Of a stretch of 33,399 bases of DNA, positions 27,942 through 33,399 are shown piece by piece. The translations under genes and the position numbers were made by a program. Below the pieces are notes generated by a model. The model saw only the letters and a list, made by a program, of their open reading frames with translations. It was not told the origin of the DNA and searched no databases. Positions within the stretch are counted from its first letter, which is position 1. Every line of letters begins with the position of its first letter. The stretch lies in contig JAJZPU010000003.1 in NCBI GenBank assembly GCA_021811055.1, positions 1 to 33,399 of the forward strand. The letters run 5' to 3'. The stretch comes from a bacterium. Lineage in GTDB: Bacteria > Patescibacteriota > Minisyncoccia > UBA6257 > GWB1-50-10.

Positions 27942-30494
27942 ATGCCAAACCCTAGAGAAGCAAAAGCACGGATAAAAATAAACAAACTCCTCGAAGAATC
28001 GGGATGGCGTTTTGAGGACGACGAAAGAGGTCGGGCCAATATTTTACTTGAGGCGGGAGTTAAATTTAATGAATTGGACGAAAATTTAGAAAACGCTGTG
28101 ACGAGCGACGGACGTCGCGGCGCCATTGATTTTCTTCTTCTTGATAAAGATGGTCGTGCGCTTGTTGTTATAGAAGCAAAAAAAGAATCGATCGATCCAC
28201 TGTCAGCTAAAGAACAAGCGAGAAATTATTCGCGTAATAAAGGTGCACGTTTTGTGATTCTTTCCAATGGTAATATTCACTATTTTTGGGATACAAAGCA
28301 TGGTAATCCTGATACTATCTCGCGTTTTCCAACACAAGATTCAATTACTCAATATGAAAAATATACACCAAATCCTGTAGAGCTTGCTCAAACACGAGTT
28401 GATGAAAATTATGTTGTTTCCACACAGATACCGAATTATGCACAAGATCCATTATTTCAAAACGAATCGACGAGAGTTGAATTCTTAAAAAATAACAAAC
28501 TCAAACAACTTCGCCCATATCAAGTACAAGCAATAAAAGCTTTACAGTCCGCGGCCGAAGGTGGAAATCAGAGGTTTTTATTTGAAATGGCAACTGGAAC
28601 GGGTAAGACTCTCATCTCTGCTGCGGTCATAAAACTATTTCTTAAATCTGGAAATGCACGCCGCGTGCTTTTTCTTGTTGATCGTCTTGAACTTGAAGAT
28701 CAGGCACAAAAAGCTTTTGTGCAGTATCTTGGACATGATTATCGCAGTGTTATTTATAAAGAAAATCGTGATTCTTGGGCAAATGCGAGCATTGTTGTTT
28801 CCACAATTCAAACTTTTCTCGCCGGTGATCGGTATAAAAAGGAATTTTCTCCGACTGACTTTGAACTCGTTATTTCCGATGAAGCTCATCGCTCTATTGG
28901 TGGCAATAGTCGCGCTGTTTTTGAATATTTTGTCGGCTACAAACTTGGACTTACTGCAACGCCCAAAAATTATCTAAGAGGATTTGATGTTGAGGGGTCC
29001 GATAGTCAGAGAGAATATGAGCGCCGACTTTTGATTGATACCTATAAAACATTTGGTTGTGAATCCGGGAATCCGACTTTTTCTTATGACCTCGAAAAAG
29101 GTGCAGAGGAAGGATATCTTATAAAACCAACACTTGTTGATGCTCGTACCAACATTACCACTAAACTTCTCTCGGAAGAGGGTTATGCTGTGCACATACT
29201 CACCGAAAGTGGAGAGACTATTGATGAGACTTTTAATGAACGCCATTACGAGCGCAAAATTTTCAATGAAGAAACAAATATTGCTATGTGTAGGGCGCTG
29301 ATTGATAACGGACTATATGATCCAGTTGCAAAACAACTTGGAGTAAACTTATTTGGAAAAACAATTGTGTTTGCAATATCACAGCGCCACGCCGCCAGAC
29401 TGACCAATATCTTAAATAAGATTGCTTTTGAAAGGTGGCCAGAACAATACAGTGAATCAAACTTCGCGATGCAAATTTCTTCACAAGTTGTAGACGCGCA
29501 ACAAATGACAATTAATTTTTCCAACAACCGTCTTGGCGGACAAACAAATCATCCCGAAGGATATGACACTAGCAAAACTCGCGTTGCTGTAACGGTTGGA
29601 ATGATGACGACTGGTTATGATTGCCAAGATTTGCTCAATATTGCGCTCATGCGTCCTGTTTTCTCACCAACTGATTTTGTGCAGATTAAAGGACGAGGCA
29701 CTAGAAAGTGGCAATTTGAATATAATGATTATCAAAACGAACCGATTAACGCCCCTAAAGAAAAATTCAAGTTTTTTGATTTCTTTGCCACCTGCGAATA
29801 TTTTGAAAATGAATTTGATTATGATGAAAGAATTACACTTCCACCAATTCATGTAACTCCGTCAACTAGCCCCGAAGGGGACGGTCTTGTTGGTGATCCA
29901 CCGCCGGAACCACCGAAAGGTCCAATAGACCTTGCGACCAGTGACGAATTGGCAACGATTTCTGAAACTCCCGAAGGCGTGATTATGCGCATTGACCGTG
30001 AAGGCTTCAAGCGTGCCGTTGAGGAGGATATCCTTGGAAACAACACGCTTAAAAATATGTGGAATAATGGCGACAGAGAGGAAGCAGAGGAGTTCACTAA
30101 AAAATATATCTTTGACAAGCCGAAATATTTTCTCAATCTTGATAAGATAAAAAAGATTTTTGGTGTTGATCGTCGCGTCACCGTCAAGGAAGTTTTGCAA
30201 TATGCTTTTGGCGAGAGGGAAGAATTTGAAATGAAAGATGATCTTTTGGAATCAGAGTGGGAAAAATTTGTAGAAATCAATAATATTGATCAGGATCATT
30301 ATTGGCCAGCGAAAAACTTTTTTAAAGCGTATATTGTAGATGAACAGGTGCGCGATATAATTAAGCGTAATCAGCCAGCAGAGTTCTATCACTGTGCATC
30401 GTTTGATTTTGAAGACTACCAAAAACTCAATGGATATAGAATAACTGTTCCACAATATATTCATGATTATGCATATCAATTAACAAATTTATAA
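27942..30494 (+). CDS. hsdR: Type I restriction enzyme R subunit (EcoAI/EcoEI-like)
   Basis: Nuclease D..L....VIEAKK, LRPYQ, EMATGTGKT, DEAHRS, GLTATP, MMTTGYD, QIKGRGTR. Confidence 0.92.
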   Translation: MPNPREAKARIKINKLLEESGWRFEDDERGRANILLEAGVKFNELDENLENAVTSDGRRGAIDFLLLDKDGRALVVIEAKKESIDPLSAKEQARNYSRNKGARFVILSNGNIHYFWDTKHGNPDTISRFPTQDSITQYEKYTPNPVELAQTRVDENYVVSTQIPNYAQDPLFQNESTRVEFLKNNKLKQLRPYQVQAIKALQSAAEGGNQRFLFEMATGTGKTLISAAVIKLFLKSGNARRVLFLVDRLELEDQAQKAFVQYLGHDYRSVIYKENRDSWANASIVVSTIQTFLAGDRYKKEFSPTDFELVISDEAHRSIGGNSRAVFEYFVGYKLGLTATPKNYLRGFDVEGSDSQREYERRLLIDTYKTFGCESGNPTFSYDLEKGAEEGYLIKPTLVDARTNITTKLLSEEGYAVHILTESGETIDETFNERHYERKIFNEETNIAMCRALIDNGLYDPVAKQLGVNLFGKTIVFAISQRHAARLTNILNKIAFERWPEQYSESNFAMQISSQVVDAQQMTINFSNNRLGGQTNHPEGYDTSKTRVAVTVGMMTTGYDCQDLLNIALMRPVFSPTDFVQIKGRGTRKWQFEYNDYQNEPINAPKEKFKFFDFFATCEYFENEFDYDERITLPPIHVTPSTSPEGDGLVGDPPPEPPKGPIDLATSDELATISETPEGVIMRIDREGFKRAVEEDILGNNTLKNMWNNGDREEAEEFTKKYIFDKPKYFLNLDKIKKIFGVDRRVTVKEVLQYAFGEREEFEMKDDLLESEWEKFVEINNIDQDHYWPAKNFFKAYIVDEQVRDIIKRNQPAEFYHCASFDFEDYQKLNGYRITVPQYIHDYAYQLTNL

Positions 30495-30498
30495 AATT

Positions 30499-32970
30499 AT
30501 GAATACAGACACAAAAAGACACATAGATGCTGCTCGCCAAGTCCTTGTTGGAGTTGTTCCAAATCCAACTTCACAAATTGATCAAATCACTAATGCTTTG
30601 ATTTATAAGTTTATGGATGATATGGATCAATCCGCTATCAAAGCCGGTGGTGAACCCTCATTTTTTATAGGTGACCTTGAACGCTACGCATGGACGCGTC
30701 TCATGGATGCGCGTATAGGCAATCAAGATCGTGTGAATTTATATTCTGAGGCACTTCTCAAATTTTCGGTTGCAAAACAATTACCAGAGCTTTTTCGTGG
30801 AATTTTTAAGTCTGCATTTTTACCCTATCGTAATCCAGAAATACTTGGGTTGTTTTTAAAGGAAATTGATTATTTTGATTATTCACATCCTGAGGAATTG
30901 GGAAATGCGTATGAATATTTACTTTCAGTGATGGGAAGTCAGGGCGATGCAGGACAATTTCGTACTCCGCGACACATTATTGATTTTATGGTTGATACAG
31001 TAAACCCCACTAAGGACGATAAAGTACTTGATCCTGCGTGTGGCACTGGTGGATTTCTAGTCAGTTCGTACAAGCATATTCTTGAGCAACATGATGGCAA
31101 GGATGACCCAAAGAAAAAGGAAAAACCACTCACACCCGACGAACGCAAAAAATTAGTGGCGAATTTTGAGGGCTATGACATTGATCCTACAATGGTGCGT
31201 ATCGCACAGGTGAATATGTATCTACATCAATTTAAAAATCCAAATATATATAACTATGACACCCTTACTATGGAAGAACGATGGAATGATAGGTTTGACG
31301 TTATTTTAGCAAATCCGCCATTCATGAGTCCAAAAGGTGGGGTAAGTACACATAGTAAATTTAGTATTCAGTCTAGTCGTAGCGAAGTTTTGTTTGTTGA
31401 TTACATAATGAATCATCTCAGACCAAGAGGCCGTGCTGGCATCATTGTGCCGGAAGGAATTATTTTTCAATCAGGCACTGCGCATAAGCAACTTCGTAAG
31501 AATTTAGTGAATGATGGACTCTATGCCGTAGTTAGTTTGCCATCTGGCGTATTTGCGCCATATAGCGGAGTGAAGACAAGTATTTTGCTTTTTGATAATG
31601 AAATAGCAAAATTAAGCAAGGAAATTTTGTTTGTAAAAATTAAGAATGATGGCTTTGATCTTGGGGCTACACGGAGGCCGAGTCAATTTAATGATTTACC
31701 CCACGCTAAAGAGGCAATTTTAGAATATCAAAAATGCATTACGGTTGGCGATCAAACAAAAATAAACGGTGTTGTTTTTAAACACAGTCAACTTTTATTT
31801 GCGGTCAGTAAAGAGAAAATAGCAGAAGATGGCGACTACAACCTTTCGGGTGACCGCTATCGTGTAGCGACTGATTACAGCAATGCTAAATGGCCGATGG
31901 TGAAACTTGGTGAAGTTATTCATTTAGATTTTGGCGAAAGAATTACGAAAAACAATAAACAAGGCACAAAATATCCGGTTTATGGTGGAGGTGGCGAAAG
32001 CTTTAGAACGAATGAATATAATCGCGAGAATGAATATGTGATTGCTCGGTTCGCAATGTCTGAGAATTGTGTTCGCTTTGTATCAGGTCCATTTTGGATG
32101 ATGGATTCTGGTGGTACTTTTTCGGTTTTACCTGAATATAAAGATAAATTGAATAAAGACTTTATTGGAAAGATTCTATTAAGTCGTCAAAAAGATATTT
32201 TCATGTGTGCACGTGGCGGAGCACAGAAAAATTTGAATAATGATCATTTTTATGAATTAAAAATCCCTCTCCCGCCTCTCGAAATCCAAAAACAAATCGT
32301 GGCGGAGCTGAACGGCTATGCGGGTATTATCGCTGGCGCAAAACAAATCGCCCAAAACTGGAAACCTAAAATTGATATTGATCCAGAGTGGGAGAAGGTG
32401 AAGTTGGGGGAGGTTGTTGATTTTACTGGTGGCTATGCATTTAAGAGTGGGGAATTAAAAAAAGAAAAATCCAGCGACGCTGACTTACCCGTGATTAAGA
32501 TCGGGAATGTCGGCAGAAATGGAGATGTAGAAATTGAAGATGCACAATATTTTCCAAATAATAAATCACTAGCGAAGTTTCTCGTTAATAAAGACGACAT
32601 TGTTATTGCTATGACTGGTGCGACAGTTGGAAAAGTAGCTGTTTCTAAATCTGATAATTTACTTCTCAATCAGCGTGTCGGTCTCGTAAGACCAGACGAA
32701 CAAAGGCTTTCCAAATATTTTCTTAAATCAGTTTTGTTCTCGAATGATTTTTATGAATATTGTCAGATGACTGCTGGTGGTGGAGCACAAGGCAATATCT
32801 CTCCGAATCAGATAAAAGAATATGAAATCCCTCTCCCGCCTCTCGAAATCCAAGAACAAATCATAGAAAAAATTGAAGCCGAGCGCGCCCTCGTGGAATC
32901 CGCCAAAAAGTTGATTAATATTTACGAACAAAAAACCAAAGAATCTATTGCCAAACTTTGGGAAGAATAA
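30499..32970 (+). CDS. Type I RM N6-adenine methyltransferase fused to a two-TRD specificity subunit (HsdM-HsdS)
   Basis: GQFRTPRHII, DPACGTGGF, ANPPF, then W..VKLGEV and IPLPPLEIQ..I repeats flanking two TRDs in a single ORF. Confidence 0.9.
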   Translation: MNTDTKRHIDAARQVLVGVVPNPTSQIDQITNALIYKFMDDMDQSAIKAGGEPSFFIGDLERYAWTRLMDARIGNQDRVNLYSEALLKFSVAKQLPELFRGIFKSAFLPYRNPEILGLFLKEIDYFDYSHPEELGNAYEYLLSVMGSQGDAGQFRTPRHIIDFMVDTVNPTKDDKVLDPACGTGGFLVSSYKHILEQHDGKDDPKKKEKPLTPDERKKLVANFEGYDIDPTMVRIAQVNMYLHQFKNPNIYNYDTLTMEERWNDRFDVILANPPFMSPKGGVSTHSKFSIQSSRSEVLFVDYIMNHLRPRGRAGIIVPEGIIFQSGTAHKQLRKNLVNDGLYAVVSLPSGVFAPYSGVKTSILLFDNEIAKLSKEILFVKIKNDGFDLGATRRPSQFNDLPHAKEAILEYQKCITVGDQTKINGVVFKHSQLLFAVSKEKIAEDGDYNLSGDRYRVATDYSNAKWPMVKLGEVIHLDFGERITKNNKQGTKYPVYGGGGESFRTNEYNRENEYVIARFAMSENCVRFVSGPFWMMDSGGTFSVLPEYKDKLNKDFIGKILLSRQKDIFMCARGGAQKNLNNDHFYELKIPLPPLEIQKQIVAELNGYAGIIAGAKQIAQNWKPKIDIDPEWEKVKLGEVVDFTGGYAFKSGELKKEKSSDADLPVIKIGNVGRNGDVEIEDAQYFPNNKSLAKFLVNKDDIVIAMTGATVGKVAVSKSDNLLLNQRVGLVRPDEQRLSKYFLKSVLFSNDFYEYCQMTAGGGAQGNISPNQIKEYEIPLPPLEIQEQIIEKIEAERALVESAKKLINIYEQKTKESIAKLWEE
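32261..32862 (+). repeat. 38-bp direct repeats in HsdS conserved regions
   Basis: AAATCCCTCTCCCGCCTCTCGAAATCCAA(A/G)AACAAATC at 32261-32298 and 32825-32862, one mismatch. Confidence 0.9.
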
Positions 32971-32973
32971 CTT

Positions 32974-33399
32974 ATGTGGGATTCTACATATAATAGGTAT
33001 ATAGAGCGTTTACTTAACGATCAATATGAAGCGGCAGAACTTCTTGGACATGAACTGACTAAAGGGGAAATAAGAGAGGAATTTATTCGGGAACAGATTA
33101 ATAACCAATTTGGCGGAACAGTCCTGTGCGTATCTGGCGTTTTATCAATAGAAAAAAAGAAAGAAAGATACAAACAATGTGATCTTGCTTTACTTTCCCA
33201 TAAAACTAGAAGAAGAGAACTCGGACATCAGTATTTGATTAATCCAAAGGATGTTTTGTTAATAGCAGATGTAAAAAGTTCTCTAAAAATGAGAGACATA
33301 AAAGAATGGGATGAAATTGCAAAAAAAATTCACAAAAGAGCAAAAAAGGAAAAATGGGTCATTACTCCACAAATTGGATTAATATCCTATAGATATACG
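32974..33399 (+). CDS. DUF6602-like putative PD-(D/E)XK nuclease (3'-truncated by window edge)
   Basis: Manual translation MWDSTYNRYIERLLNDQYEAAELLGHELTKGEIREEFIR...KQCDLAL...LIADVKSSL..., open to the end; absent from the ORF track because it has no stop. Confidence 0.65.
   Translation, partial: MWDSTYNRYIERLLNDQYEAAELLGHELTKGEIREEFIREQINNQFGGTVLCVSGVLSIEKKKERYKQCDLALLSHKTRRRELGHQYLINPKDVLLIADVKSSLKMRDIKEWDEIAKKIHKRAKKEKWVITPQIGLISYRYT

Noticed and set aside
32261-32276. AAATCCCTCTCCCGCC resembling a tRNA 3' end or att site
   Set aside because: Fully explained by codons for the conserved HsdS IPLPP motif

Overview
Bacterial chromosomal segment read with genetic code 11. Gene content and the near absence of Shine-Dalgarno sites suggest Patescibacteria/CPR (Parcubacteria-like); this is an inference. 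Bases 1 to about 24,870 are core genome: hisS 3' end, hpf, two MacAB-like ABC exporter clusters without TolC, rsmE, nth, tRNA-Ala, tRNA-Leu, parA, parB, a shortened Rel, groES-groEL behind a CIRCE, a tandem-domain ThyX, lemA-DUF2207-htpX and NUDIX-aminotransferase IV-cdd. From about 24,900 to the end is a visibly more AT-rich accessory/defence region around tRNA-Ser(GGA). It holds an orphan membrane protein, an ArsR regulator bracketed by an identical 25-bp palindrome, a NYN/LabA RNase, a type I restriction system with fused HsdM-HsdS and a truncated DUF6602-like nuclease. The three best leads are (1) a convergent ~75-nt small RNA with its own promoter and terminator abutting the NYN gene (candidate RNA-antitoxin system), (2) recurring GC-rich spacers with tRNA-T-arm-like GAATCCC/CAAATCCCGCAT motifs separating the accessory genes like cassette junctions, and (3) a ~155-nt rod-like RNA between parA and parB. 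All structures and alignments were read by eye; no searches or folding were run.
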